NCBI GenBank assembly: GCA_046052125.1
Contig: JBJOMY010000001.1
Coordinates: forward strand, 32,001-96,000
Length of the DNA: 64,000 nucleotides
From: Cyanobacteriota bacterium
GTDB taxonomy: Bacteria > Cyanobacteriota > Cyanobacteriia > PCC-6307 > Cyanobiaceae
Direction: 5' to 3'
The position numbers and the translations under genes are program-made. Position 1 is the first letter of the stretch. The number at the start of each line of letters is the position of its first letter. The notes under the pieces are model-generated. The model did not search any database. It was not told the DNA's origin and saw only the letters and a list, made by a program, of their open reading frames with translations. This document shows, piece after piece, positions 29,289 to 38,795 of the stretch.

Positions 29289-30290
29289 TCAGAGCCAGCG
29301 ATCCATGATTTGCTCAACCAGCACCCGCTGGGAGAGCACCTGCAGCACCACCACCAGAGGCAGGGCCAGAAGAACGCCTGGCAGGCCCAGTAAGGCGCCA
29401 AGGCTCAGCTGCGCCATCAAGGCCACCGTGGGCAGCAGGTTCACCGTGCGGCTGAGCAGCAGTGGCGTGAGCAGGAACGCTTCACCGTTTTGCAGCACCA
29501 GCCTGAGGATCAGCACCTGAAGCGCCAGGTTGGGTGACACCAGCAAGGCCACTGCCAGCGGCAGCAGGCTGGCCACGGTGGGCCCAATCGTGGGCACAAA
29601 GGTGAGTAGGCCGCACACGAGGCCGCTCAGCAGGGCCAGGGGCACCTTCAGGGCAGCCAGACCGGCCCAGGTGAGCAGGAACACCGCTGTGGCTGAGATC
29701 GTCATGCCAGCCAGCCAGCCGCCCAGGGCCTGACGGCAATCGCTGAGCAAGGTGCCCGCCAAGGGGCGGTAGTGGGCTGGTGTGGCAGCGAGCACGAGGC
29801 GCTGGTGGCTGCGGGGATCCAGCACCAACAGCAGCGCCAGCAGCACCATCAGCAGCAGCTGGATCGTGCCCGCGGCTGCTCCGCCGGCGAACCCCAGCAG
29901 CTGGCCACCAAGCGGCTGCAGTTTGTCGAAGGTGGCAAAGGCGGCCAGCCTCCCCTCGAGGCTCTCGAGCATGGCCACACCCCCCAGCAGGTCGCTGAGG
30001 CGATTAATCAGAGCGGGGACCAGCAAGGTGAACTGCTGCACCTGCTCCAGCAGTTCAGGCACCAGCAGCTCAGCGAGCTGCCAGCCGCCCACCACCAGCA
30101 GCGCCACCACCACCACCAGTGCCTGAGGCCGATTTAGTGGGAGGAGGCGCCGCAGCCAGCTCACCGGCACATCCAGCGCCACCGCCAGCACCACCGCGCC
30201 GAACAGCACCAAGAGCACCCAGCGCAGCTCCCAGGCCAGCAGGCCGAGCACCACAAGGGCCAGTAGACCGATCAGCCCGCGAATCTGCAT
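29289..30290 (-). CDS. AI-2E family transporter
   Basis: Multi-TM, FVPTIGP motif; paralog of the adjacent gene. Confidence 0.88.
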   Translation of the reverse strand: MQIRGLIGLLALVVLGLLAWELRWVLLVLFGAVVLAVALDVPVSWLRRLLPLNRPQALVVVVALLVVGGWQLAELLVPELLEQVQQFTLLVPALINRLSDLLGGVAMLESLEGRLAAFATFDKLQPLGGQLLGFAGGAAAGTIQLLLMVLLALLLVLDPRSHQRLVLAATPAHYRPLAGTLLSDCRQALGGWLAGMTISATAVFLLTWAGLAALKVPLALLSGLVCGLLTFVPTIGPTVASLLPLAVALLVSPNLALQVLILRLVLQNGEAFLLTPLLLSRTVNLLPTVALMAQLSLGALLGLPGVLLALPLVVVLQVLSQRVLVEQIMDRWL

Positions 30291-31342
30291 CACGTGAGCT
30301 GCTGGCGCCGCCAGGGATCGAGCACATCGTGGATCAACACCTCACGGATCACCACCTGAAGGCAAACCGCTAGGGGCAGAGCCAGCAGTAGGCCGAGCGG
30401 ACCAAACAGCACGGTGAACACGAACTGAGCCGTGAGGGTGAGGCCGGGTAGCAACTTCACCTGGTGATGCATCACCGAGGGGGTGATCACGTAGCTCTCG
30501 AGGTGCTGCACCACCACATAGAGCCCCAAGACCGCCAGCGCCTTCCAAGGCGACACCAGCAGCGCCACCGACATCGGAAAGATGGTGCTCAGGGTGGGGC
30601 CGACGTTGGGAATGATGTTGAGCAATCCCGCCAGCAGGGCGTTGGCCACCACCAACTTCACCCCGAGCAGTGAGAGGCCAATGCCCGCCAGCACAGCCAC
30701 GCAGAGGGAGCTGATCAGCACCCCACCCATCCAGCTGCTCAGCGCTTCTCCGCAGCCCAGCAGCACCTCGCGTGCCCGCCGCCGGTAAAACGACGGCACC
30801 AGCAGCACGGCCACTTCGCGATAGGCGGTGGGCTGCACCGCGATCATCAGCGCCACGGCCACCACAAACAGCCCCTGGATCAGGCCGCTGCCCACGTTCC
30901 CCGCGAGCCCCAGCAACCCCTGCAGGCTCTGGCCAACGGCTTCCCCACCGCTGCTGGAGCTACCCCAGTTCTGGCGAAGCCAGTTGAGCGCCTCTTTGCC
31001 GTAAAGCATCTGGCTGCTCTGATCCATGGCTTGCCGCAGCAGCGACAACGCTTTGGTGGCCGCTGCCGGCAGCTGCAGCAACAACTGCTCGAACTGCTGC
31101 ACAAACGGGGGCACCACGGCGGCTAGGGCAACGGCCAGCAGGATCAGCAGCCCGAGCAGGCTCAGCAGCAAGGCCAGGGGACGGTTGCAGCGCAAGCGCT
31201 CGCGCACCACCCCCACCACGGTGCAGAGGGCCATCGCCAACACAATTGCGGCGAAGAGATGGATCACCACATCGCGCAGCGACCACAGCAGCAGCAGGGC
31301 CGCTGCCGTGGCGATCAGCCCCAGCCACTGGCCGAATTTCAC
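30290..31342 (-). CDS. AI-2E family transporter
   Basis: IIPNVGP, Q.LESY.ITP and [12 protein letters not shown]. Confidence 0.9.
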   Translation of the reverse strand: MKFGQWLGLIATAAALLLLWSLRDVVIHLFAAIVLAMALCTVVGVVRERLRCNRPLALLLSLLGLLILLAVALAAVVPPFVQQFEQLLLQLPAAATKALSLLRQAMDQSSQMLYGKEALNWLRQNWGSSSSGGEAVGQSLQGLLGLAGNVGSGLIQGLFVVAVALMIAVQPTAYREVAVLLVPSFYRRRAREVLLGCGEALSSWMGGVLISSLCVAVLAGIGLSLLGVKLVVANALLAGLLNIIPNVGPTLSTIFPMSVALLVSPWKALAVLGLYVVVQHLESYVITPSVMHHQVKLLPGLTLTAQFVFTVLFGPLGLLLALPLAVCLQVVIREVLIHDVLDPWRRQQLT

Positions 31343-31710
31343 GCCTCGTCGTTGCCGGCGTCGCTGTCGTTGTCGTCTTTCTGGGCGAACCCGAGGTCGT
31401 GGCTATCGGCGTAGCGCTGGGCAAAACGCATGAAGCGCTCGAAGTCTTCGGTGGTTTTCCAGGTGTAGGTGGCTTCCAGGGCAGCGGGTTTGCCGTTCAC
31501 AAACTTGGCATTCACCTCGCGGGTGACCAGCTGGCCCTCCTCATCGACCATGTACATGCCGCCGATGTCGCCCATGCTCTCGGGGGCCAGGGCTTCGGGC
31601 TGATCGAACACAAAGATCGCCTGACCTGTGCGCCCATCCCGGGAGCGGGTCATGCGGATATCGGGCACTACCGGCTCGTCGACACCGCGGAAAAACTGAA
31701 TGGCGGCCAT
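31339..31710 (-). CDS. psb28: Photosystem II assembly protein Psb28
   Basis: IQFFRG.DE, RSRDG.TG, DEEG, KFVNG.P and ERFMRF. Confidence 0.95.
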   Translation of the reverse strand: MAAIQFFRGVDEPVVPDIRMTRSRDGRTGQAIFVFDQPEALAPESMGDIGGMYMVDEEGQLVTREVNAKFVNGKPAALEATYTWKTTEDFERFMRFAQRYADSHDLGFAQKDDNDSDAGNDEA

Positions 31711-31734
31711 CGAACGTGCCTGCAAAGCCCAATC

Positions 31735-32811
31735 CTAGGCAGCGCTCTGGCTGCAGGTTTCGATCAGCCGCTTGTGGATCAGCAGCGTTGCGGCCGCTTC
31801 AGCGCTGAGGCCCGCCAGATCCTCACGGCCCAGCAGGCGCTGCTGCTCGCTCTGGCCGTGCCGCTCCAGTTCGTGGTCGTAGCAGCGGTCGTAGTAATCG
31901 AGCATCTGGCGGGCGGCATCGGCCCAGCGGCTCTGCTCGATCGCTTCGAGGGCGGCGGCGGTGCGTTGAGGCCCGAGCCGGCGGGCGATGCGCTGGGTGG
32001 CCTCGTGAAGGGCCTGGGGCTCTTGAACGCCATAAACGCTCACCAGCTGTTCGAGCCGTTCCTCCAGGGGGCGCTGCACCTCCAGCAGCGGCGCCTGCTG
32101 CATCTGTTTCCAGAGGCCTGCAGGGATGCGGCATCGCCCCACCTGCACGCTTTCGGCCTCCAGCCAGATCTGATGGGCGTTGCGATAGCCGTGGAGCGCC
32201 ATCGCGATCCGGTTCTCGTAGTGCTCGGTGCTCGGCTGGGGCGGCATACCAAGGTTGCCGAAGCTGCTGCCGCGGTGATGCGCCAGACCCTCCAGGTCGA
32301 TCACGGCGGCGTCTTGTTCGGCCAGGGCCAGGAGCAGATCGGTTTTGCCACTGCCGGTGCGGCCGCCGAGCAGGTGAATGGGCCAGCTGGTCTCAAACAG
32401 CGCCAGAACCCAGCGCCGAAAGGCCTTGTATCCCCCCTCCAGCAGCAGCACCGGCAGATCCAGCTGCCCCGCAAGCCAGGCCACGCTTTCTGAGCGCATG
32501 CCCCCGCGCCAGCAGTGCAGGCGCAGCGGAGCGCCGCCCTCGGCTTCACCCGCCCAGGCTGTTAATTGGGCCGCCAGCTCCCCCAGGCGCGGCCCCACCA
32601 GCTCGAGCCCCAGCTGAACGGCGGCCTGTCTGCCCTGCTGTTTGTAGGTGGTGCCCACCGCCGCCCGTTGCTCATCGCTGAAGAGGGGCAGGTTGCGTGC
32701 CCCTGGCAGATGGCCCTGTTGGTACTCAGCCGGCGCCCGCACATCCACGATCGGGCCCCGGCCGCTCAGGAAGCGATCCACCGGTTCGCGAATCAGCTGA
32801 GCCCCCGCCAT
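31735..32811 (-). CDS. mnmH: tRNA 2-selenouridine/geranyl-2-thiouridine synthase
   Basis: Rhodanese DVRAP.E and CWRGGMRS, P-loop GRTGSGKT, DLEGLAHHRGSSFG. Confidence 0.92.
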   Translation of the reverse strand: MAGAQLIREPVDRFLSGRGPIVDVRAPAEYQQGHLPGARNLPLFSDEQRAAVGTTYKQQGRQAAVQLGLELVGPRLGELAAQLTAWAGEAEGGAPLRLHCWRGGMRSESVAWLAGQLDLPVLLLEGGYKAFRRWVLALFETSWPIHLLGGRTGSGKTDLLLALAEQDAAVIDLEGLAHHRGSSFGNLGMPPQPSTEHYENRIAMALHGYRNAHQIWLEAESVQVGRCRIPAGLWKQMQQAPLLEVQRPLEERLEQLVSVYGVQEPQALHEATQRIARRLGPQRTAAALEAIEQSRWADAARQMLDYYDRCYDHELERHGQSEQQRLLGREDLAGLSAEAAATLLIHKRLIETCSQSAA

Positions 32812-32888
32812 CAACGAATCCGCCCGACCCCGTCCATGCCTGACATAGTGGGCCAACGCTGGCCCCATGGCAGGTCTGTTCTCCCTTC

Positions 32889-33611
32889 ATGCTTTCCGGA
32901 CCCCCCGTAACGACGACGGTTAGCCCTGAGCAGCTGCTGGAGCGACTCATTGCAGCAGCCCCTCGACAACGGCGCAGCTTGCTCAGCCAGGTGCAACAGC
33001 GCTCTGATGAGTTGCGGCCGCTGATCCCAGAGCAGCTCGATCGCCTGGATGCCACAGGAGACGACTGGGTCGCAGGTCTGCTGATCCAACTGCTCGTCGC
33101 CCAGGACGACGCCCTCGCTCAGTCGTTCCGCCAGCGCTATGCCGACGGATGGCTGGCAGTGACCAGCGCCAGCAGCATCGATTACGCCCCGCTGCAGCGG
33201 GCCCTGGTGGAGCAGCAGTTCGAGGAGGCTGATCGTCTCACCAGCGAACACCTGCGTCAGCTGGCTGGTGAGGCAGCGGTGAAGCGTGGGTACGTGTATT
33301 ACTCCGAGGTTCCGCCGATCGCCTCGGTCGACCTGGAAAGCATCGATCGCCTTTGGGTGGTGTACTCCCAGGGCCGCTTCGGTTTTTCGGTGCAGATCCG
33401 CCTGCTGCGCTCCCTCAATGGCCGCTGGGAGCAGCTTTGGCCCCGTTTGGGCTGGAAGCAGGGCGGCGTGTGGACCCGTTATCCCTCCGCCTTCACCTGG
33501 TCGCTGGAGGCGCCAGACGGGCACCTGCCCCTCGTGAATCAGCTGCGCGGCGTGCGCCTGATGGATGCGCTGCTCTCCCATCCCGGCCTGCAACAGCGCG
33601 TATCGGCCTGA
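32889..33611 (+). CDS. gun4: GUN4 porphyrin-binding Mg-chelatase activator
   Basis: EADRLT, IDRLW..YSQGRFGFSVQ and GHLPLVNQLRG. Confidence 0.93.
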   Translation: MLSGPPVTTTVSPEQLLERLIAAAPRQRRSLLSQVQQRSDELRPLIPEQLDRLDATGDDWVAGLLIQLLVAQDDALAQSFRQRYADGWLAVTSASSIDYAPLQRALVEQQFEEADRLTSEHLRQLAGEAAVKRGYVYYSEVPPIASVDLESIDRLWVVYSQGRFGFSVQIRLLRSLNGRWEQLWPRLGWKQGGVWTRYPSAFTWSLEAPDGHLPLVNQLRGVRLMDALLSHPGLQQRVSA

Positions 33612-33676
33612 AGGCCTGAGCCTGGCTGAGCGGTAGTTTCAAATCCATGCACGGCCCATCGGCCGGCGTGGCTTCG

Positions 33677-34066
33677 ATGGCGTATCGCTGGGCCGATTTC
33701 ATCACCCCCTCCACCCTGCAGTTGGCACCACTGCTGGAGGTGTTGCTGGAGCCGATCGCCTGCGCGCAGCAGATGGCCTCTCTGCAGCTGGGATTGCAGG
33801 AAGTGCTGGTGAATGCTGTGCGTCACGGCAACGGCAACGACCCCGCGAAATGCCTGCGGGTGCGCCGGATCGTGACGCCCCGCTGGTGGGTGTTTCAGGT
33901 GCAGGATGAGGGGGTTGGCCTGCCCGCCTCCTGCCGCAGCGGCTCCTTGCCTGATGCAGCTGATGCGATCTGCGGCCGCGGGCTTTACCTCATCCACAGC
34001 TGCTTCGATGACGTGCGCTGGAGCAGTCGCGGCAACCGGGTGCAGGTGGCGCTGCGGCGTCAGTGA
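33677..34066 (+). CDS. pmgA: RsbW-type anti-sigma/Ser kinase, PmgA-like
   Basis: HATPase motifs LQE.LVNAVRHGN, DEG.G and GRGLYLI; STL.L.P.L..LL N-terminus. Confidence 0.75.
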   Translation: MAYRWADFITPSTLQLAPLLEVLLEPIACAQQMASLQLGLQEVLVNAVRHGNGNDPAKCLRVRRIVTPRWWVFQVQDEGVGLPASCRSGSLPDAADAICGRGLYLIHSCFDDVRWSSRGNRVQVALRRQ

Positions 34067-34374
34067 CCGTGGCTCGGGCAGCCAGGGTCTTTGCGTTCAC
34101 CCCGCAGCCAGCCCAGGCCGTGCTCTAGCAGCTCGATTGATTGACGGCGCTGCTCCGTGGTGAGGGATGCGTTCGGCGGGTTGGCGGGATCGAGCAGGAT
34201 CACCAGGGCCGCCGCCAGCTGTTCTGCGGCCCGTCGCTGCGGCTGGGCTTTGTAGGCATGCCAGTTGCGGTTATCGATTGTGAGCAACCGATGCAGGGCC
34301 TCCGCCGTATCGCGGCTCGCTTCAGGCCACTGCTGACTGGCTGACACTGGACGAAACTTCGGTTCGAGCGCCAT
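34060..34374 (-). CDS. Conserved cyanobacterial hypothetical protein (DUF6439-like)
   Basis: L.I...NWH..K....RRAAEQLAAAL and C-terminal DPGCP.HG. Confidence 0.8.
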   Translation of the reverse strand: MALEPKFRPVSASQQWPEASRDTAEALHRLLTIDNRNWHAYKAQPQRRAAEQLAAALVILLDPANPPNASLTTEQRRQSIELLEHGLGWLRGERKDPGCPSHGH

Positions 34375-34383
34375 CCTGACGCC

Positions 34384-34656
34384 ATGCAGCAGCGTCCGCG
34401 TTCACCACACACTCCCATTCGTTGGCTGCATCAGCTGGCCAACCTGATGGCGCAGGTGTCGCGTGCAGAGCGCATCGGCTCAGTAGACGAGAGCCTTCAG
34501 GCCCGGCGGCTAAGGCAGCGTATGGCGTTGGCGCAGCGCTTGCTCGATCCACTGCCGGCGCCGCTCAGGCCCAACAACTGGCAGGAAACCTGCCTCTGGA
34601 CAGGCCTGCGTTGGGGAGGGCTCGGGGTGGTGTTGTCCCTGTGGCTGCGTCGTTAG
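34384..34656 (+). CDS. Hypothetical protein with a C-terminal TM anchor
   Basis: LAQRL.DPLP.PL motif and GLRWGGLGVVLSLWL. Confidence 0.6.
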   Translation: MQQRPRSPHTPIRWLHQLANLMAQVSRAERIGSVDESLQARRLRQRMALAQRLLDPLPAPLRPNNWQETCLWTGLRWGGLGVVLSLWLRR

Positions 34657-34976
34657 GCGGCTAAGCGGATCAGTGGTTCCAGGTCTGGACGCTCCAGTGG
34701 GGTGGGCTCCACCTCGGCGCTGGCGCCGCTCAATGGAGGTGCGACTGGGGCGGGCGGTAGGCGTTGCCCCCTGAGCCAGGCGTTGTGCAGGGCACGCCGG
34801 CGCTGGTCTTCCGCCAGCACCAGCCGATCTGCCGCCACGATCGGGCTTTCACCGGGAAGGAGCGGGGAGCGCAGACAGATCCCGAAGCCGTGGGCTTCCA
34901 CCTGCACGCACCCCTCCATGAACACGGTCTGGAAGGTCCAGCCTGCCAACCAACGCACGCTGAACGGATTACTCAT
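34653..34976 (-). CDS. Conserved hypothetical protein
   Basis: NPF..RWL.GWTFQ.V.MEG.VQVEAHGFGICLR and AADRLV..ED.RR..LH.AW. Confidence 0.75.
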   Translation of the reverse strand: MSNPFSVRWLAGWTFQTVFMEGCVQVEAHGFGICLRSPLLPGESPIVAADRLVLAEDQRRRALHNAWLRGQRLPPAPVAPPLSGASAEVEPTPLERPDLEPLIRLAA

Positions 34977-35033
34977 GCCCTATTCGCTCGTGTGCGGACC
35001 CTATGGCGCTCAGGCCCGCAGCACGGCTGTTTG

Positions 35034-36089
35034 TCAGGGCTTGGTGGCACTCCAGACGCGGGTCATCAGGTGCGAGGTGGCCCGAATCCCACTGAACCCT
35101 GCGGCCACTAAACGCGCATCGATGTCATCGCCGATGTAATCGCGGTAGTAGGGCTCGTGGAACACGCGCCGGAAGTTATCCATCGCGGTTTCAAATTGAG
35201 GTGAATCCGCCAGCTGCACGGAATCGGCCAACACCAGAACGCCACCGGGCTCCAGCACGCGGAAGCAATCGTTGATCACCGCCTGCCGAGCCTCGGCCGG
35301 TAGTTCGTGCATCAGAAACACACAGGTCACGCCCTGCATGCTGCCGCTGGCGAAGGGCATGGTTTCGGCATTGCCCTGCACCAACTGAGGGAGCTCGTTG
35401 GGGAGCTGGCTCAGCCAGCGGTTCGCCTGGCGTAGATACGCGGCTGAAAGATCCAGTCCCACCAGCTGTGCCTGGGGTAGCGCCGCCCGCACTTGCCGCA
35501 GGGTGCGACCCGTTCCTGTGGCCACATCCAGCACCCGCAGTTGGCTGGGGGAGCGATCGGCGAAGGCCCGCATACCCTGAATCAACGGTTTGATCACGCG
35601 GCGCCGCATCGGATCGGCCGTGCCGTTGAACAGGATCTCCACCTGCAGGTCGTAGAGCGAGGCCGAGTGATCGCTCAGGTAGCCGTCGGTCTGGTGGTGG
35701 AAGTTCTGGAGGTAGTAATCGGGGTAACTGGCGCTGTCCACATCCGTGGGCAGATCCGTCACGTTGCGTTCGCTGCGCCGATTCCAGGTGCTCGGCATGT
35801 CGAGCCACACCATCGGGTAGCGCGCGGCCCAATCCAGCCAGGGCGCATCAAACAGCAGGCTGGTGGGATAGAGCCCTTGCTCGGCCTCCTCCCAATCGAG
35901 CTCCATCAGCGCTGCGTTGGAGGCCTGCAGATCTCCCAGCATTTGAGGCGGGATCGGCAGGGTCTTCGGTGCGCCTTTCGGTGCCACCAGCTCCATCAGC
36001 TTGGTGCTCACTTCCTTATGGGCCACCCCCACCAGACTCTTGCCCTGCTGAAGGGCTTGATACGCGAGCTTGGTCAGTGGATCGGCCAT
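35034..36089 (-). CDS. Class I SAM-dependent methyltransferase
   Basis: YYLQNFHHQTDGYLS, motif I LDVATGTG, FLMHELP and RVLEPGG. Confidence 0.9.
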   Translation of the reverse strand: MADPLTKLAYQALQQGKSLVGVAHKEVSTKLMELVAPKGAPKTLPIPPQMLGDLQASNAALMELDWEEAEQGLYPTSLLFDAPWLDWAARYPMVWLDMPSTWNRRSERNVTDLPTDVDSASYPDYYLQNFHHQTDGYLSDHSASLYDLQVEILFNGTADPMRRRVIKPLIQGMRAFADRSPSQLRVLDVATGTGRTLRQVRAALPQAQLVGLDLSAAYLRQANRWLSQLPNELPQLVQGNAETMPFASGSMQGVTCVFLMHELPAEARQAVINDCFRVLEPGGVLVLADSVQLADSPQFETAMDNFRRVFHEPYYRDYIGDDIDARLVAAGFSGIRATSHLMTRVWSATKP

Positions 36090-36220
36090 GGAGTGGCGCA
36101 CGGAGTCAGCGAGCACCCATTCCAGCGGATCCTGGGTTGGACTGCGATCGGCTCTGATCAGGCCTTGGAAGTGTGCCTGGCTGAACCCAGATCACGTTTC
36201 TTGGAGCGGCCTTTGCATTG

Positions 36221-36234
36221 GTAGCAACCGCTAC
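36221..36234. promoter_or_regulatory. NtcA binding site (GTA-N8-TAC)
   Basis: GTA GCAACCGC TAC, a perfect consensus ending 33 bp before ATG 36268. Confidence 0.75.
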
Positions 36235-36267
36235 AGAATGAAGCTATGAGATCCATGGGAGGGAGCT

Positions 36268-36498
36268 ATGAGCAACACCCCTGAAAGCACTCGCCAAAGC
36301 GAGCCGCTCTATGTGGACTGGATGCGCAGCCGTCAGCAGGAGCAGCACCGCCATCAGCCTGTGCTGCGTCAACGGGAGGCCAAGGCTGATCAGAGCGAGG
36401 GCTCTGATGTGCACGCTCAGGAGATGGCCTGGGCCGAGCGCCATGCCCACGAGCGCAGGCTGCACGACAGCGCGATCGCCCAGTTGCGGCATCGCTGA
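36268..36498 (+). CDS. Small Arg/Gln/His-rich protein convergent with glnA (candidate GS inactivating factor)
   Basis: Strong RBS GGGAGGGAG, 76-aa ORF, upstream NtcA box. The function is inferred. Confidence 0.75.
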   Translation: MSNTPESTRQSEPLYVDWMRSRQQEQHRHQPVLRQREAKADQSEGSDVHAQEMAWAERHAHERRLHDSAIAQLRHR

Positions 36499-36503
36499 GT
36501 CAT

Positions 36504-36533
36504 AAAAAAGGCCCCGGGCCAGAAGCCCGGGGC
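36504..36533 (-). terminator. Intrinsic terminator of glnA
   Basis: Stem GCCCCGGGC/GCCCGGGGC (36511-19 / 36525-33) followed by a U6 run on the minus strand. Confidence 0.85.
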
Positions 36534-36572
36534 AACCTGAAGAGCAGGAAACGTTCAGAAGAACGTTTCGAA

Positions 36573-37991
36573 TCAGGCGTCGTAGTACATGGTGAATTCG
36601 TGGGGGTGGGGCCGCTGGCGCAGCTGCTGCACTTCCTCGTACTTCAGAGCGATCCAGTTGTCGATGAAGTCTTCGGTGAAGACGCCACCGGCCAGCAGGT
36701 ACTCGTGGTCGGCCTTGAGGGCTTCCAGGGAGCCGTTCAGAGAAGCGGGAACCGTGGAGATCTTGGCGAGCTCTTCGGCGGAGAGTTCGAACAGGTCAAC
36801 GTCGGTGCCGTCGCCCGGATCGATTTGGTTCTTGATGCCGTCGATGCCGGCCATCAGCATCGCCGCGAAGCCCAGATAGGGGTTGGAGAGGGCGTCGCCG
36901 GAGCGGAACTCGAGGCGCTTGGCCTTTGGGTTCATGCCGGTGAGCGGGATGCGCACGGCAGCAGAGCGGTTGCCTTGGGAGTACACCAGGTTCACCGGGG
37001 CTTCGAAGCCCGGCACCAGACGCTTGTAGCTGTTGGTGGTGGGGTTGGTGAACGCCAGGAAACTGGGGGCATGCTTCAGCAGGCCGCCGATGTACCAACG
37101 CGCGGTTTGGGAGAGGTTGGCGTAGGTGCCTTCACCCCAGAACAGGGGCTGGCCGCCTTTCCAGAGGCTCTGGTGCACGTGCATGCCGCTGCCGTTGTCG
37201 GCAAAGATCGGCTTGGGCATGAACGTGGCGGTTTTGCCGTACTTCTTGGCAACGTTGCGCACCACGTACTTGTAAATCATCACGTTGTCGGCCGCGCTGA
37301 TCAGTTCGGCGAATTTGATGCCGAGCTCGTGCTGTGCGGTGGCCACCTCGTGGTGCTGCTTCTCGATCGGTACGCCAAGGGCGCCCATGGTGAGCAGCAT
37401 TTCGCTGCGCATGTCCTGCAGGGTGTCGTTGGGGGCGACGGGGAAGTAACCCTCCTTCAGTTGGATCTTGTTGGCGAGGTTGCCGCCTTCCTCAACGCGA
37501 TCGGTGTTCCAGGGGGCTTCGATCGAATCCACGCTGTAGAAGCTGGATCCGTTGGCGCTCTTGTAGCGAACGTCGTCGAAGATGAAGAACTCAGGCTCCG
37601 GACCGAAATAGGCGGTGTCGGCCAGGCCGGTGGTGCCGAGGTAATCGAGAGCCTTCTGCGCCAGAGCCCGGGGGCAGCGGGAATAGGGCTTGCCGCTGCG
37701 GGGCTCCTGGATCGAGCAGATCAGGCTGAGGGTTTTGTGGCTGTAGAAGGGGTCGATCCAGGCGGTGTTGGGGTCGGGCACCATCGCCATGTCCGACTCG
37801 TTGATCGCTTTCCAGCCGCGGATCGACGAACCGTCAAAGGCCACACCTTCAGTGAAGGCGGCTTCGTCGATCAGGTCTTCGCAGACCGTGAGGTGCTGCC
37901 ACTTGCCGTGCAGATCAACGAACTTGAGGTCGATCAGTTCGATGCCCTCGTCCTTGATTTGACGGAGGACGTCCTGGGCGGTTTTGGCCAT
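36573..37991 (-). CDS. glnA: Glutamine synthetase type I
   Basis: FDGSSI.GW, HHEVA, TFMPKP, NGSGMH and RLVPGFEAP. Confidence 0.98.
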   Translation of the reverse strand: MAKTAQDVLRQIKDEGIELIDLKFVDLHGKWQHLTVCEDLIDEAAFTEGVAFDGSSIRGWKAINESDMAMVPDPNTAWIDPFYSHKTLSLICSIQEPRSGKPYSRCPRALAQKALDYLGTTGLADTAYFGPEPEFFIFDDVRYKSANGSSFYSVDSIEAPWNTDRVEEGGNLANKIQLKEGYFPVAPNDTLQDMRSEMLLTMGALGVPIEKQHHEVATAQHELGIKFAELISAADNVMIYKYVVRNVAKKYGKTATFMPKPIFADNGSGMHVHQSLWKGGQPLFWGEGTYANLSQTARWYIGGLLKHAPSFLAFTNPTTNSYKRLVPGFEAPVNLVYSQGNRSAAVRIPLTGMNPKAKRLEFRSGDALSNPYLGFAAMLMAGIDGIKNQIDPGDGTDVDLFELSAEELAKISTVPASLNGSLEALKADHEYLLAGGVFTEDFIDNWIALKYEEVQQLRQRPHPHEFTMYYDA

Positions 37992-38044
37992 GACGTGAGC
38001 GCTTGAAGGCTGAAGGGGAGCCCGCCTGGAACCGGGCTCGCGGG

Positions 38045-38087
38045 AACGTAGGGAGCGGCCCCACCCTTGCTGTGTATCAGGTGTAAC
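38045..38087 (-). promoter_or_regulatory. NtcA-activated promoter of glnA
   Basis: Minus strand GTT-ACACCTGA-TAC (38087-38074), then 23 nt, then TACGTT -10 (38050-38045). Confidence 0.75.
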
Positions 38088-38220
38088 CAAACCTCGGACT
38101 GGGGTGCGCCCTGCGCTTGCGTAACCGTTTCTGTCAACTTGATCAGATCGCCGCACTGGCAAGGGATCTGGGGGTTTGCAGGTGCTACGTTCCGGCTCAG
38201 GTGCGTCGATCCTTCACGCC

Positions 38221-38751
38221 ATGCGCGATGCCATCACCGGTCTGATCGGTCGTTACGACCAACTTGGCCGTTATTTCGATCGCGACGCTGTCGATCGCAT
38301 CGCCAACTACTTCTCTGAGGCTGCGCTTCGCCTCGCGGCGGTTGAGTTGATCAATCGTGAGGCTGCTGAGATTGTGCGCGAGGCCAGCCAGCGTCTCTGG
38401 AAGTCTGATCCCGAACTGCTGCTCCCCGGCGGCAACGCCTACACCACCCGTCGCTGGGCGGCCTGTCTGCGCGACATGGACTACTTCCTGCGCTACGCCA
38501 GCTACGCCCTGGTGGCAGACGACAGCACGATCCTCAATGAGCGTGTGCTCAATGGATTGGACGACACTTATAAGAGCCTCGGCGTGCCCACCGGCCCCAC
38601 GGTGCGCAGCATTGCCCTAATGGCCGATGTGGTGTGCGAGCAATTGCTCGATGGCGGTGTGGCCAGCGCTGAGCAGTTGAACGCTGTGGTGCGTGCTCCC
38701 TTTGAGCACCTCTGCCGCGGCCTCGCTGACAACAACGTTCGCGCCCGCTGA
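38221..38751 (+). CDS. apcF: Allophycocyanin beta-18 subunit
   Basis: MRDAIT.LI..YD..GRY, PGGNAYTTRR.AACLRDMDY (Cys82); divergent from glnA. Confidence 0.93.
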   Translation: MRDAITGLIGRYDQLGRYFDRDAVDRIANYFSEAALRLAAVELINREAAEIVREASQRLWKSDPELLLPGGNAYTTRRWAACLRDMDYFLRYASYALVADDSTILNERVLNGLDDTYKSLGVPTGPTVRSIALMADVVCEQLLDGGVASAEQLNAVVRAPFEHLCRGLADNNVRAR

Positions 38752-38795
38752 ATCTCTACGAGTTCGTAGGCTCCCCACACAGACCCATCCAGGCC

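Noticed and set aside
36090..36267. Glutamine riboswitch (glnA or downstream-peptide motif) near glnA
   Set aside because: I could not find the characteristic CGUUCA...GGAAG core here or in the glnA leader.
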